Shown here: in pieces, positions 19,746 to 31,185 of the stretch
Layout of the letters: each line of letters opens with the position of its first letter
Position numbering within the stretch: the stretch's first letter is position 1
IMG/VR virus record: IMGVR_UViG_3300042197_003184
Span: 32,001-96,000 of that record
Direction: 5' to 3' (one strand)
DNA from: a virus
DNA: 64,000 nt
Translations under genes and position numbers: made by a program
Notes under the pieces: model-generated
Told to the model about the DNA's origin: nothing
What the model saw: the letters and a program-made list of their open reading frames with translations, nothing else
Database searches by the model: none

Positions 19746-22019
19746 ATGCCAAAAACGTTTAAGGTTCAGTATCCTGCTAATGTTTGCGAAAGCGGAGCAT
19801 TAATATCTTTTACCGGTATTAATGTTTTAAAACCTAACAATAATTATTTAATTTTCTTTTACCAGGTTAATAGCATACCTTTCGGATATGTACAATTCAA
19901 TCCATCATATTACTACCTGAAGCCTATCAACGAAGACCCTGTATCAATCCATACTTATGCTAAAATTTTAACAAATAACAGTCCAAATAATTCTAGTAGT
20001 AGCATTATTGAATTATCTATTTGGGATGCCAATACAAAATTAGTTTTTGATGACAATGACACCCCCGTTTATAGAGAAAGATGTAATATCAAATGCGGTA
20101 GTTTATGTGATCCCAGCGGCGTACCTGTCTATTCCTCAGAAGTTGCTGCTAGACTGCCGTCTCCTACGCCCACATTAACCGCTACCATAACCCCCACTAT
20201 TAGTATAACCCCAACCGTTAGTTCTAGTCCCACCCAAACACCAACCAACACTCCCACACCGACACTGACTCCCACAGTAACTCCTACTGTTACCGAGACA
20301 CCAACCAATACCCCGACATCTTCACCAACCAATACTCCCAGTATTACTCCTAGCGTTACTCCGACCATTACACCAACCATTACCGAAACCCCAACTCATA
20401 CACCCACACCAACAGAAACTCCCACCAACACACCCACTCCAACCGAAACCCCGACTAACACTCCGACTCCAACAGAAACCCCAACCAATACTCCGACACC
20501 CACAGAAACCCCCACCAATACCCCTACTCCTAGTATAACCCCCACAGAGACGCCTACTGTAACACCAACAGAAACACCTACGCCTACTGTAACTATAACA
20601 CCTACCGAAACACCTACGGTTACTCCTACTGACACTCCTACGCCAACACCAACCGAGACGCCAACCAACACACCTACTGAGACACCAACGGTAACACCTA
20701 CTGAAACGCCTACACCAACACCAACGGTGACTCCGACAGAAACACCAACACTCACTCCTACTGAAACTCCCACAGAAACACCAACCAATACTCCGTCGGT
20801 TACCCCAACCGAAACACCAACGGTCACCCCAACCGAAACACCAACAGCTACCCCAACCGAAACACCAACTTCTACACCAACCGAAACCCCAACCAATACC
20901 CCGACCTCTACGCCAACACCTACTGTTACTCCAACAGTGACCGAAACTCCAACCAACACCCCTACTCCTTCTAATATAGCATTAGACTGGAAGCTTCTTG
21001 GTTCTTATTATTGGCCCAGAACGAAACTAAGTATTGATCAAACTATCAGCACTGCCAGTGTCAATAATGTTTCTACTAATGTTAGTGGTTTTAATGGAGG
21101 ATTTATAGGCGGAGTCTTGCTCGAAGACGGTAGAGTGTTTTGTGTTCCTTCCGACGGTACCGTTGCAAATATTTATAATCCCAACACAAATAGTATTACC
21201 GTTCCCAATGGCAGCTATGCTGGTAACAACGCCTATAGAGGCGGAGTATTAATGCATGACGGCAGAGTATTTATGGTCCCACACAATAGTACATCTGCCC
21301 TGATATATAATTCCTCAACTAACACCACTAGTACACCTATTGGTACATATCCAGGAAATGCGGCATTTTTTGGTGGAGTGGTTTTACCGGACGGTAGAGT
21401 ATTCTGCATTCCACACAACAGCACTTCTGCAATAATTTACAATCCAATTACTAATACAACCTCAAATGCTATCGGATCATTCCCTGGTGCAGAAGGCTTT
21501 GCCGGAGGAGTATTAATGTCTGACGGCAGGGTATTCTGCGTACCATATTCTTCCTCGACAGCTAGAATATATGATCCAAATACCAATGCTGTTACTGTAG
21601 CAGGTGGGACTTATTCTGGTAAATATAATGGCGGAGTTTTATTGCCAGACGGTAAGATTTTCTGTGTACCATATGGCGCTACCCAAGCAGTAGTATATAA
21701 TCCTTCTAATAATACTGTATCTACTGTAGGCGGTATATCATATACAGGAGCTAGTTCAGCTCACTTTGGGGGAGTTTTATTACCAGACGGTAGGGTATTA
21801 TGTGTGCCGTTTGGTTCTAGTAATTTGCGCATATATAATCCTGCCAATAATACTACACTAGAGTTGTCAGGCTATTCCACATATGCATATTCCGGTGCTG
21901 TTGTGATGTTGGATGGTAGGGTATTATTAATACCAAAAACCAGTAATGGTCGCTTATACGGAGGAAATACTGGTTTTGATAGAAATGTTAGCTTGTCTTC
22001 TTACTATAATAAATTATAA
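19746..22019 (+). CDS. Virion appendage protein: N-terminal domain, Thr-Pro stalk, C-terminal kelch-like beta-propeller
   Basis: ~270 aa of TPT repeats, then 6-7 copies of a ~44-aa repeat [14 protein letters not shown]...A.IYNP.TNT typical of kelch/galactose-oxidase propellers. Confidence 0.75.
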   Translation: MPKTFKVQYPANVCESGALISFTGINVLKPNNNYLIFFYQVNSIPFGYVQFNPSYYYLKPINEDPVSIHTYAKILTNNSPNNSSSSIIELSIWDANTKLVFDDNDTPVYRERCNIKCGSLCDPSGVPVYSSEVAARLPSPTPTLTATITPTISITPTVSSSPTQTPTNTPTPTLTPTVTPTVTETPTNTPTSSPTNTPSITPSVTPTITPTITETPTHTPTPTETPTNTPTPTETPTNTPTPTETPTNTPTPTETPTNTPTPSITPTETPTVTPTETPTPTVTITPTETPTVTPTDTPTPTPTETPTNTPTETPTVTPTETPTPTPTVTPTETPTLTPTETPTETPTNTPSVTPTETPTVTPTETPTATPTETPTSTPTETPTNTPTSTPTPTVTPTVTETPTNTPTPSNIALDWKLLGSYYWPRTKLSIDQTISTASVNNVSTNVSGFNGGFIGGVLLEDGRVFCVPSDGTVANIYNPNTNSITVPNGSYAGNNAYRGGVLMHDGRVFMVPHNSTSALIYNSSTNTTSTPIGTYPGNAAFFGGVVLPDGRVFCIPHNSTSAIIYNPITNTTSNAIGSFPGAEGFAGGVLMSDGRVFCVPYSSSTARIYDPNTNAVTVAGGTYSGKYNGGVLLPDGKIFCVPYGATQAVVYNPSNNTVSTVGGISYTGASSAHFGGVLLPDGRVLCVPFGSSNLRIYNPANNTTLELSGYSTYAYSGAVVMLDGRVLLIPKTSNGRLYGGNTGFDRNVSLSSYYNKL
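20158..20971 (+). repeat. Coding Thr-Pro ([12 protein letters not shown]) low-complexity tract
   Basis: Visible directly in the translation. Codons are diversified and the DNA is C/A-rich. Confidence 0.9.
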
Positions 22020-22030
22020 GGAATAGAGTA

Positions 22031-22255
22031 ATGATTGTTTATGAAAAAGATAATCAAATTGCATTGGTAACATTAATACACGACAATGGCTATATTGTTT
22101 CGGTATATAATTCTTTCGAGGATTTTGTGTCTGGATCTTCTCCTACTCAAAGCTATGAATTAAATGGCACTGTTAATCAGGATAATATCCTAACTATTTT
22201 ACCAAACTGGCAAATATCTCATAGAGATGATAATACATGGGAAAAAATTAATTAG
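22031..22255 (+). CDS. Hypothetical protein (74 aa), possible fibre chaperone
   Basis: Fills the gap between two fibre genes, with AGGA upstream. The function is inferred from position only. Confidence 0.55.
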   Translation: MIVYEKDNQIALVTLIHDNGYIVSVYNSFEDFVSGSSPTQSYELNGTVNQDNILTILPNWQISHRDDNTWEKIN

Positions 22256-22282
22256 ATAATTTAATATAAGGAATTTGCTAGT

Positions 22283-25200
22283 ATGCCGTTTAAGAAAGTA
22301 GTAGACCCATCAGTAGCATACAAAGGATTTACTCTTAGTTTTTTAAAACTACCAGTAGAAACGGGTAAAAACTATCAGGTAGTAGTTACAGAAATATCTA
22401 AGATACCTAAGCGTACTACCGTAGCTATTAATCCTAGAAATCAAACAATCATGTCTGATGATGAATTTCTAGATATTAGTATATTTGTTAGAATACGTAC
22501 TAATTATACATTAGATAATTCTAGTGAGTGTATTTTTGGTATAACATTAATAGATATAGATACAGAAACAGAGGTTTATACAGACTATGCTGTGGTTCAG
22601 TGTGGGGATTTGTGTTCCGTCGATGGACAGCCTAGAGTCTCCGCTGTGCCAACAAAAACTCCTACTCCAACACCCACTCAGACACCAACAGCTACGCTAG
22701 TTATATATGGTATAACCAAGGATTCTATTACTCTTGTTGATGGTGGTCAAAACTATAAAGTTGGTGATACTTTTAATGTTTCTGATAATCAAGGAGGTAG
22801 TGGTGGGCAAATTACGGTTACACAGGTTGATCAAAATGGGAAGATTTTAGATTTTACCGTCTCCAATCAGGGTTCTAATTTTAAGGACACTCCTCAAGTA
22901 ACAGATGGGAATTTGCAGAACAACGGGTCTGGGGCTGTTTTTCAAGGGAATACCGGTAATTTTGCTCCCGTTGGCGGAGGCGGTGCTCCTCCGGGACCGC
23001 CACCCGGACCACCGCCCCCACCTCCTCCGGGACCACCACCTGGACCTCCTCCGGGACCACCACCTGGACCTCCTCCGCCCGGACCTCCTCCGGGACCACC
23101 ACCCGGACCTCCTCCGGGACCGCCGCCCGGCCCTCCTCCTCCTCCGCCTGGCCCACCTCCTCCACCCGGACCTCCGCCTGGCCCACCTCCTCCTCCACCC
23201 GGACCACCACCCGGACCTCCACCCGGACCACCACCCGGACCTCCTCCGGGACCACCACCCGGCCCACCTCCGGGACCGCCACCCGGCCCACCTCCGGGAC
23301 CGCCACCCGGCCCACCTCCGGGACCGCCACCCGGCCCACCTCCGGGACCGCCACCCGGCCCACCGCCCCCACCTCCTCCGGGACAACAAGACCTTACTCA
23401 GTCTATTCTGTTGTATGCTTGTGAAATCCCCAACACATACAATGCCACCACAAGAAGGAAAAAGGGACGCCTACATTGGACCAATGTTCCTGGAGGATTT
23501 ACATACATAGTCATCGAAGCCAGCTATGATAATGGTGCTTATAGTAGACTATCTAGCTTTAGAGCAACCGGCTCCGGATTTATTATTGTAGATTTATTTG
23601 CTAGATATGGTAGTCAACAATACAAAATTTATTTAGAAAATAGAAGCACTAACAATTATTCTAAATCAGAAATATACGCACTATCTAATATCGTGTCATT
23701 CTCTAAGGGACCCATCTGTCCTGCTAAACTACCTTGGGAAACCGGGTCTGGCGGACCACCTCCGCCGCCACCAGGACCACCTGGACCACCGCCCGGACCA
23801 CCGCCCGGACCATCATCTGAGGATTCAGATTGGCCTTGGGAAGCATTACCTCCTCCACCAAGACAACCTAATACCCCAACGCCTACCAAAACACCCACCG
23901 TTACTCCAACCAATACCACTACGCCTACTACTACGCCAACAAATAGTCCGTCTCCTTCTATCACTCCGACGGAAACACCAACCAATACCCCCACTACTTC
24001 TGAGACACCAACTAACACACCAACGAACAGTCAGACACCAACGCCGACTGTAACTTTCGGTTTTGTGCCATCACCAACACCTACGCCTACGGAAACCCCA
24101 ACCAATACTCCAACCCCAGACACCCCAACTCCAACACCAACAGAAAGTCTTACGCCAACCCCCACGGTTTCTCCCTCAGAAACTCCTACAAACACCCCTT
24201 CCAATACCTGTACGCCATCTATCACCCCCTCTATTACTCCAACGATTTCTCTCACCCCAACTAACACCCCAACCGTTACTCCAACAGCGAGCGTACCGTG
24301 CTGTAATTTCCAGTGCTACTATTCTTTAGTTGCTCCATCGAATTGGTCTGTTACCAATGAAAACACCAACGGATATCTTCAATTACAGGATGAATTCGGG
24401 GACAATACATTGCCTTGGGAGTGTCGTCTATATGGTGGTAATGACGAGCAATATACTGATCAGTATGGTATTACTAAACTTTCTATCAAAATACCAGAAG
24501 ATACCTATCTTTTCTTTTCGTGGGCCTATATCACACAAGACGCAGCTAGATGGGATGCTTGTGGATATTTTATTAATGAAGAATATACAGAATTAGACAA
24601 CGGAGACCCTTACGAAACACTACCTCATTCTGGTAGTATTCAGATGATTAGGGTTTATCCGGATGATATATTTGGTTTTTACATATCTACTGAAGATAAT
24701 TCCAATGGTAGGGGTATTTTAAAGATCAGAGACTTCAATACATACGCTTGCGATCTTATAAATCCCAATAGAGAGACTGTTGGGGGTGAAGGTGCGGGGC
24801 CAGGACCGGGGCCAGGACCGGGGCCAGGACCGGGGCCAGGACCGGGACCAGGACCAGGACCGGGGCCAGGACCGGGGCCAGGACCAGGACCGGGGCCAGG
24901 ACCGGGGCCAGGACCGGGTGGTAGACCACTATCTCCATTTGAAGACGATTTCTCTGGACAGGTTATTTGTTTAGCAGAAAATATCAATGTTTCTGTGTCT
25001 AGTGATAGTCAGTATTATTTATTTGAGATGGTCGATTCTCATCAGGTGTTTGATCCTACTGACTCCAATCAAAAATTAGGATTTAGCACTGGGGTATATA
25101 TTTTTAATAATATTCCAGCCAGTTTCCCGATGGCTATATTGAACGGGAATGAAGCCTTTAATTACTTTGTAGAGTATACAGGAACAAACGTAGTAAATGC

Positions 25201-27538
25201 AACAACAGAGGACGGAGATTATGCCTTCTATCATGGACAGTTAACAATGACTGTTTATGGATATGATTATATCTTTGACGAGAATGGTAATCCTCCAGCC
25301 ACTGTCTTTAGTTATAGTTCTTCTAACAACGGCTACATGGGAGGTTTACAGAGATTGGTTTATCGTCCAGAACACTGTAACTGGCCGACCCCAACACCTA
25401 CGCAAACAAATATAGACTGGAACAGTCCAACTCCAACTACGACACTAACTCCGACGCCGACAGTAACTTTTGGCTATGACCCAACGCCAACAGCTACACG
25501 TACTCAGCCACCCACTAGGACACCAACTAAGACTCCTACCAACACCCCAACACCGGGCTTATCCCCCACCCTAACATCTACTCCAACACCAACGCCAGTT
25601 ACCCCAACACCCACAAAAACACCAACAAGAACCCCGACCGTTACACCAACTAAGGGACTAACACAAACCCCCACCACTACGCCTACAACTACTCCAACGT
25701 CTTCGATAACGAGAACGGTTACTCCCTCCATAACCCCAACTCAAACTGTTACCCCGACCGTAACTAAATCTCAAACCCCAACACCCACGGTTACTGCTAC
25801 CAACACCCCGACCCCAAGTATTACGCCTACCACCAGCAGAATACCCAACAATTTATTATCTACTTATTTAAGTGATGAGGTTTTTGGTACAGACACGGGT
25901 TCGTACGTTATAAATAACTATTTAGAACAGCACTCTTTATTTATTAATAATTATGGTCAGTTGTTAAATAATTATCTGGTCCCCGAAGCCCTAAACATTA
26001 CCAACGTTTCATCTGTTTTAAATACATATCTAGACTTTGATACCCTATCGGTGAGAACCGCCCCATATGAGTATTTCAGATTTTCTTCTGTACGTAGCGA
26101 AACTTTGGTAGAGAAAATAGACACCCCGTCCGACGTTATACTCTCAGAGGCTGATCAACAACCCTTTAGATTAAAGTTGTCTGATACAGATATAGTGTCA
26201 TCGTTATCAGACCAACAACCGTTCAATCTCAGGGTGTTGGATACGGACGTATTGGTTGGACAATCTATCGCCCACGCCTTGGATGCGAAAATTAATGAAA
26301 CAACAGTTATTCAGGGTGCGATAGACGATGCGGTTGTTTATATTAGAGATAATCCCGAAAATATTGTTAATCAAAGTATTATTAATACGGAAATAGCTTT
26401 TAATAGAATAATTTTTGATTATTTAACTATCTATGACCATATAAGTTCGGAAGTGTTTTACAATAAGCCAACTGTTGGTACCAAAGACAATTTATTAACA
26501 TCAATAGTAAGCGATGAAGCTATGCTGCTGCGTAACAGCGTTTTGAACTTCTTTATTGGTGATCATATTAGTCACGAGCTACTATTTAGTAGAAATACTA
26601 GTGAAATACAACTAGTGGATGAAAATCTAAACATAGAGATTCCACGATACTTATTAATCACTAATGACTACATTCATATCGATCATACATCATGTGAAAT
26701 CGTTAATATATACAAAACATCATCAGAAAAGGCTATGTCTAGTAGCTCTTTTGGTTTTGATGTTATTTCTAAGTTACAGAACACCGATATAGAGTACGAC
26801 AGTATAAGGTTCTCTAAAAACTCCAGCATAGTATTGAGACAAAAGATATCTGATGAGCAATTTATATCTCAATATCACCACCAAGAGGTTTTAAATATTG
26901 CAGAACCCGACGCTCTTATAGGATCTAATCAGGACCAACAAGTACTGGTAATAATACCCACACCAGAAATTTCTATCATAGATCAGTCTTCGGATCAATT
27001 AGCTACTCTATTGTATTTACAAAACGTATCCGTTATGTTGTCTGTAACGGCACAGGTTACTTTTGACCAGGCTTTGTCGTATCAGTGGCAAAAACTAATC
27101 AATAATGAATATCAAGATATTATTGGTGCCATCAATAATACGTTATTAATTAGTAATTTAGTTTTATCTGATAATAATAGTAGATACAGAGTAAGAATTG
27201 ACGCAACCGGAGGTGCAACGTCTATCTATAGCAATAGTATATTGTTAACTGTTGATCCTATGACGCCTACACCAACCCCAACAGTTACCGCTACCGTCAC
27301 CCCAACTCCTTCTTTCACCCCAACACCTAATAGAATATCTGAGCCTGATGCTCCTAGGAACCTTGTGGCATATGGAGCGAACGAACAGATAGTTATGTTC
27401 TGGTCACCTCCGGCTTACGATGGTCGTCGAGAAATTATAGACCACATTATTGAATATACTCCAGTACCCAGTCAAACCCCCACGGAAACACCCACTAACA
27501 CACCAACACCCACACCCTCAGTAACGCCTTCTTTATGA
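22283..27538 (+). CDS. Large multidomain virion fibre/adhesin (1751 aa) with GPPP, GP and TP tracts plus Ig-like and FN3-like domains
   Basis: RBS AAGGA. It contains a GGQNYKVGD...G.I.V...G.I....V...GS.F tail-type beta module, Pro/Gly tracts and three TP stalks. There is an Ig-like domain ([16 protein letters not shown]...L....SRYRV) and an FN3 start (PDAPRNLVA...[10 protein letters not shown]). Confidence 0.75.
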   Translation: MPFKKVVDPSVAYKGFTLSFLKLPVETGKNYQVVVTEISKIPKRTTVAINPRNQTIMSDDEFLDISIFVRIRTNYTLDNSSECIFGITLIDIDTETEVYTDYAVVQCGDLCSVDGQPRVSAVPTKTPTPTPTQTPTATLVIYGITKDSITLVDGGQNYKVGDTFNVSDNQGGSGGQITVTQVDQNGKILDFTVSNQGSNFKDTPQVTDGNLQNNGSGAVFQGNTGNFAPVGGGGAPPGPPPGPPPPPPPGPPPGPPPGPPPGPPPPGPPPGPPPGPPPGPPPGPPPPPPGPPPPPGPPPGPPPPPPGPPPGPPPGPPPGPPPGPPPGPPPGPPPGPPPGPPPGPPPGPPPGPPPGPPPGPPPPPPPGQQDLTQSILLYACEIPNTYNATTRRKKGRLHWTNVPGGFTYIVIEASYDNGAYSRLSSFRATGSGFIIVDLFARYGSQQYKIYLENRSTNNYSKSEIYALSNIVSFSKGPICPAKLPWETGSGGPPPPPPGPPGPPPGPPPGPSSEDSDWPWEALPPPPRQPNTPTPTKTPTVTPTNTTTPTTTPTNSPSPSITPTETPTNTPTTSETPTNTPTNSQTPTPTVTFGFVPSPTPTPTETPTNTPTPDTPTPTPTESLTPTPTVSPSETPTNTPSNTCTPSITPSITPTISLTPTNTPTVTPTASVPCCNFQCYYSLVAPSNWSVTNENTNGYLQLQDEFGDNTLPWECRLYGGNDEQYTDQYGITKLSIKIPEDTYLFFSWAYITQDAARWDACGYFINEEYTELDNGDPYETLPHSGSIQMIRVYPDDIFGFYISTEDNSNGRGILKIRDFNTYACDLINPNRETVGGEGAGPGPGPGPGPGPGPGPGPGPGPGPGPGPGPGPGPGPGPGPGGRPLSPFEDDFSGQVICLAENINVSVSSDSQYYLFEMVDSHQVFDPTDSNQKLGFSTGVYIFNNIPASFPMAILNGNEAFNYFVEYTGTNVVNATTEDGDYAFYHGQLTMTVYGYDYIFDENGNPPATVFSYSSSNNGYMGGLQRLVYRPEHCNWPTPTPTQTNIDWNSPTPTTTLTPTPTVTFGYDPTPTATRTQPPTRTPTKTPTNTPTPGLSPTLTSTPTPTPVTPTPTKTPTRTPTVTPTKGLTQTPTTTPTTTPTSSITRTVTPSITPTQTVTPTVTKSQTPTPTVTATNTPTPSITPTTSRIPNNLLSTYLSDEVFGTDTGSYVINNYLEQHSLFINNYGQLLNNYLVPEALNITNVSSVLNTYLDFDTLSVRTAPYEYFRFSSVRSETLVEKIDTPSDVILSEADQQPFRLKLSDTDIVSSLSDQQPFNLRVLDTDVLVGQSIAHALDAKINETTVIQGAIDDAVVYIRDNPENIVNQSIINTEIAFNRIIFDYLTIYDHISSEVFYNKPTVGTKDNLLTSIVSDEAMLLRNSVLNFFIGDHISHELLFSRNTSEIQLVDENLNIEIPRYLLITNDYIHIDHTSCEIVNIYKTSSEKAMSSSSFGFDVISKLQNTDIEYDSIRFSKNSSIVLRQKISDEQFISQYHHQEVLNIAEPDALIGSNQDQQVLVIIPTPEISIIDQSSDQLATLLYLQNVSVMLSVTAQVTFDQALSYQWQKLINNEYQDIIGAINNTLLISNLVLSDNNSRYRVRIDATGGATSIYSNSILLTVDPMTPTPTPTVTATVTPTPSFTPTPNRISEPDAPRNLVAYGANEQIVMFWSPPAYDGRREIIDHIIEYTPVPSQTPTETPTNTPTPTPSVTPSL
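22981..23383 (+). repeat. Coding (GPPP)n repeat, very GC-rich
   Basis: ~130 aa of almost only P and G. It includes tandem copies of the 24-nt unit ccgggaccgccacccggcccacct at 23270, 23294, 23318 and 23342. Confidence 0.95.
24796..24918 (+). repeat. Coding (GP)n repeat
   Basis: About 20 GP dipeptides, built mostly from the 12-nt unit gggccaggaccg. Confidence 0.95.
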
Positions 27539-27573
27539 AAAATTGGTTATATTTTTTAGTATAAGTTGGTGTA

Positions 27574-27602
27574 TTGCTTATATAGGAAATCTAGACTATA
27601 AT
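27574..27602 (+). promoter_or_regulatory. Sigma70-like promoter upstream of the 27647 gene
   Basis: TTGCTT (27574-27579), 17-nt spacer, TATAAT (27597-27602), in the longest intergenic gap of the tail block. RBS AGGAG at 27631-27635. Confidence 0.5.
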
Positions 27603-27646
27603 CAATTAGACCCTCAATTTATCTCTTAATAGGAGTTAACATACAC

Positions 27647-29296
27647 ATGGTATCTACAATCTTTTTTGATGGTTTCGGACCCCACGGCGGCGAGCACATA
27701 GGACAGATTGACCCTGTGTATTGGAATTATAATAGTGGAGCTTCTCTAAGCGGTTATCGTAATGATAGAGCCCAAAGCACAATAAACGGAACATCTAATG
27801 GTCTTGACTTTATGGGACACACATTTGGTTCTGTGGTTAGGCTTGATAACCATGTTGCAACAAGTAATAGGTCCTACCTTAAGGCGTCTAATTTTCCAGC
27901 AGTATTTTCTGCACAAGACACAGCCTTTGGTATGGGTTTCTTTATCAATAAAATAGCTACGGACTCTGTAGCCAGACCAGACTCCACAAGCGGAACCAAT
28001 TATGCATCTGCTTTATTGAACTTAATTAATAGAGATAATAGTGTTGATAATAATATTCTAAAACTAGAGGCTGTTCATTTGGGATCGCTTGGCTATCCCA
28101 ACAACAACCCCAAAATGGGACTGAAGGTATATCAAACGGTTGATGGTTTGGATGAGGCGATGGGGACCTTTACTTTTGATGTTTGGGGTGCTCCATGGTA
28201 TACAGAACAAAATCCTAATAATGTATCCACTAATTATCAACGCACAATAGGTGCCTATAATTATAAGTATGGTGGTTTGTATACAGAAATTTGTGTGATG
28301 AAAGACGCTAGTACGGTTGCCGATGTGACGGCCACAGTAAGCGGTTCGGTTTCATCTGGATCGACTGTTGTGGTATTGAATTCTGTGACGGGCTTATCTG
28401 TTGGTATGGCTGTTGTATCAGGAACTTCTGGAATTCCCAACAATACCTCCATCCAGTCAATAGACACCAACAATGTCTCTATAACCCTCAGTTCTGCTAC
28501 AACATCAACACTAGCCGATGCTTCTTCGCTAGGCTTTACTAAAAAAACATACTCTTTGCAAATCAAAGTTAACGGTATGAATTTATTGGTTGATGGAACC
28601 ACCAATGACAAAAAGATTTATCTCAAAAATAACTGGAGTACTTTTTCTAATAAGTATTTCAACAGTTGCGTGTTTTATGGAGCAAGAGTTCCGACGGACC
28701 CCAATGGAGGCACCCCTAATCCATTGGCTTATTCTTATATTCATAACGGACAAGTAATTAATCAAGGATATATGTACGAAACATATATTGATAATATCTA
28801 TATTGTTGGTGGTCTGAACGATCAAGACTGCTTCTTAGGTCCTACCACCAAGGTATTCAATATTGCACCAGTTGCTGGATCAACAGTTAATACCAACAAC
28901 GAATGGCAAGCCTTTAATCTGCAATGGGATACCAATACCAGTATCGAAGAAAATCTTAAAGATAGCAATGGTGATAGGTCATATGTTTATACAGAGATTA
29001 ACGGAGCAGTATTGGCTATGGACATGGCAAATATTCCTGATAATCCTAATTATGCTGTTGGGGGTATTAAAATCACTAATAGTGTAAGAAAGTCCAACAA
29101 AGACACATCATTCACGAATGTTTGGGGATCTGGTAATACTCTAGCAGATATTACTCCTATTGGTACTAATTTTGCGGTTAACAACAATCATTACGAATAC
29201 AAAAACCAGTATTTCTTAAATAATCCAGTAACCAATCAACCATGGACATTTACTGATATCAATGGGGGTAAATTTGGTATTAAGAAAACACAGTAA
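27647..29296 (+). CDS. Virion structural protein (549 aa), beta-rich, possibly receptor-binding
   Basis: Strong RBS. N-terminal FFDGF and C-terminal NPVTNQPWT..DIN...FGIK resemble phage virion proteins. It has an internal SVTGLSVGMAV..SGIP..T.I.SI...ITLS module. Confidence 0.6.
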   Translation: MVSTIFFDGFGPHGGEHIGQIDPVYWNYNSGASLSGYRNDRAQSTINGTSNGLDFMGHTFGSVVRLDNHVATSNRSYLKASNFPAVFSAQDTAFGMGFFINKIATDSVARPDSTSGTNYASALLNLINRDNSVDNNILKLEAVHLGSLGYPNNNPKMGLKVYQTVDGLDEAMGTFTFDVWGAPWYTEQNPNNVSTNYQRTIGAYNYKYGGLYTEICVMKDASTVADVTATVSGSVSSGSTVVVLNSVTGLSVGMAVVSGTSGIPNNTSIQSIDTNNVSITLSSATTSTLADASSLGFTKKTYSLQIKVNGMNLLVDGTTNDKKIYLKNNWSTFSNKYFNSCVFYGARVPTDPNGGTPNPLAYSYIHNGQVINQGYMYETYIDNIYIVGGLNDQDCFLGPTTKVFNIAPVAGSTVNTNNEWQAFNLQWDTNTSIEENLKDSNGDRSYVYTEINGAVLAMDMANIPDNPNYAVGGIKITNSVRKSNKDTSFTNVWGSGNTLADITPIGTNFAVNNNHYEYKNQYFLNNPVTNQPWTFTDINGGKFGIKKTQ

Positions 29297-29327
29297 GTTT
29301 TAATTTTTATCAAGGACATACGATACC

Positions 29328-31184
29328 ATGGTGTATTCTGGACCATTTATTAATTCTATCTTTCAGATAGGAGAGGATAATCAAGAGCCTGTCTCCGTTC
29401 AGTCCGGCTCTGTACCTGTTACTGTGACCTACAATGGCACATCAATAGGCTCAATTGTTGGGGCCACACCCCTAGTGGTGCTTTCTCATCAGTTTAATAG
29501 AGCCGATAACGGTATTCTTAATAGTATTACAAATAGAATTTCTTTAACTGGGAAAATATATGACCGATCAGCTACTGCCACAGATATACAAAATATATTA
29601 TCTAAAGAGGTTCAACTAAAAGATTTATTTAAGAATTGCCCAATAGGCAAACTAGAAATCAAATGTGGCTCTACTGTAGCTCTAGCTGCGACAGGTGTTA
29701 AGTTACTATCTTATACTACTGATCCTAGTCCGGACTTTCTAACCAGGAGCTTGGGTTACAATATAGATTTAGAATACCACGAGAAACAGAGTAGTAATTC
29801 TCATATGGTGGTTAGTACCTCCGATTCTTGGAGTATAGAACCAATAGAAGAATATACCTACGAAGACTTTACTACAAGTATAGCAGCACGTACAGAAAAC
29901 GACAACCCTAATGATGGAAGCGCATCAACAGGCAGCATAACAACAAGAACCATTCCTCAGTTTAGGGTTTCTCACAGGGTATCAGCAAAAGGAGCTATGC
30001 CTAACGAAGATTGCAATAATAAAGACGCTTATTTTGCGGCATATAGAGAGGCACAAAAATGGGTTAAAGATAGATTAGATGTACCATGGGCTAATACTAC
30101 CAATGAAAAAGGACCATTTGTGGGATCTTACAACGTTCCTCCAAATGCGGGTTTGTGGTTATTTAACCATGTGAGATCCACCAATTTTAGTATTACTGAT
30201 GCGACATACGAGGTTGTGGATACCTGGCTCGCTATGCCCAGTGGTGTTTCTTATGTGGAAGATTATACTATAGAAATTAGTGGTGATGAAAAAAATATTA
30301 AAAGCATTAAAGTACAGGGTACTATCAAAGGCTTAGATATTAAAGCAGACTCTTTGATTAAGGGAGATTCTAGCCTAGTTCCGGACACAGTTGGAAAAAT
30401 AGACCTAGCCTCGACCTTAACTTCCAACAAGTCTGGTGGCTCTGTTTCTTTTCCCGACACCAATAATACCTCATCAGTTCAGCCCAATAAATATACCAAT
30501 GCTCTTAATGCTTGGCATAGTGGAGTTAAACCACTATTATACAGACGAGCTAGTGCTGGTCTAAACAGAATCAGATATACTGGCGCTATTAATCCTAAAA
30601 ATTATTTAAGAGAAAGTCCACCAGAGCAGCCCATTTATAGGATGGATTCATTCCTTAACATAAACCCAGTCTCATCATCAGAGAGCCACGACCCAAAAAG
30701 AGGCGTGATTACATACGGTTATGAATTTAATAATAAATATACGGTATTGAGTGGGGTCTTATCTGAAAGCGTTTCGATCAACGATACCGGACCGGCCGAT
30801 GTTGTGGCAGAAATTTTTGTATTAGGACGTAAATTAGGGCCGGTGTTACAGTCTTTAGGAGCGAAAACATCCTCCAAGAAAGAAATAAATATAGAGGTTA
30901 CAGTTATACCGCCAACGTCCATAGCACAGTACCACATGAACTCTGCTGAATGCCCACTATATTTTAAAGGCACCATTTATTCTCAGATAGACTCATTGGT
31001 AGAGGGGTTGAAACCCTTTGGAATTAACGATACCTCTGTGGTAGTAGCTGCTGGGCCAACGCAGGGACAAGTTTATGTGGAAAGAGATAGTCAATCATGG
31101 AACCCCGTGGAAGGAAGATATACCAGAAGCGTAGCCTGGGTATACCAACACTGCAATAATAATAATTTCTATTTAGACCACTAG
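29328..31184 (+). CDS. Tail/baseplate protein (618 aa)
   Basis: RBS AAGGA. Beta-rich with tail-tube/distal-tail-like strand patterns (SDSWSIE, SHRVSAKG, G.ITY.YEF, SQSWNP.EGRYTRSVAW). It lies in the tail block. Confidence 0.55.
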   Translation: MVYSGPFINSIFQIGEDNQEPVSVQSGSVPVTVTYNGTSIGSIVGATPLVVLSHQFNRADNGILNSITNRISLTGKIYDRSATATDIQNILSKEVQLKDLFKNCPIGKLEIKCGSTVALAATGVKLLSYTTDPSPDFLTRSLGYNIDLEYHEKQSSNSHMVVSTSDSWSIEPIEEYTYEDFTTSIAARTENDNPNDGSASTGSITTRTIPQFRVSHRVSAKGAMPNEDCNNKDAYFAAYREAQKWVKDRLDVPWANTTNEKGPFVGSYNVPPNAGLWLFNHVRSTNFSITDATYEVVDTWLAMPSGVSYVEDYTIEISGDEKNIKSIKVQGTIKGLDIKADSLIKGDSSLVPDTVGKIDLASTLTSNKSGGSVSFPDTNNTSSVQPNKYTNALNAWHSGVKPLLYRRASAGLNRIRYTGAINPKNYLRESPPEQPIYRMDSFLNINPVSSSESHDPKRGVITYGYEFNNKYTVLSGVLSESVSINDTGPADVVAEIFVLGRKLGPVLQSLGAKTSSKKEINIEVTVIPPTSIAQYHMNSAECPLYFKGTIYSQIDSLVEGLKPFGINDTSVVVAAGPTQGQVYVERDSQSWNPVEGRYTRSVAWVYQHCNNNNFYLDH

Positions 31185-31185
31185 T

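Noticed and set aside
22981-23383. Collagen triple-helix domain
   Set aside because: Gly occurs mostly every 4th residue, not every 3rd.
22847-23510. Arg/Trp-, Val/Glu- and His/Asp-rich ORFs in alternative frames
   Set aside because: They are alternative readings of the GPPP repeat DNA.
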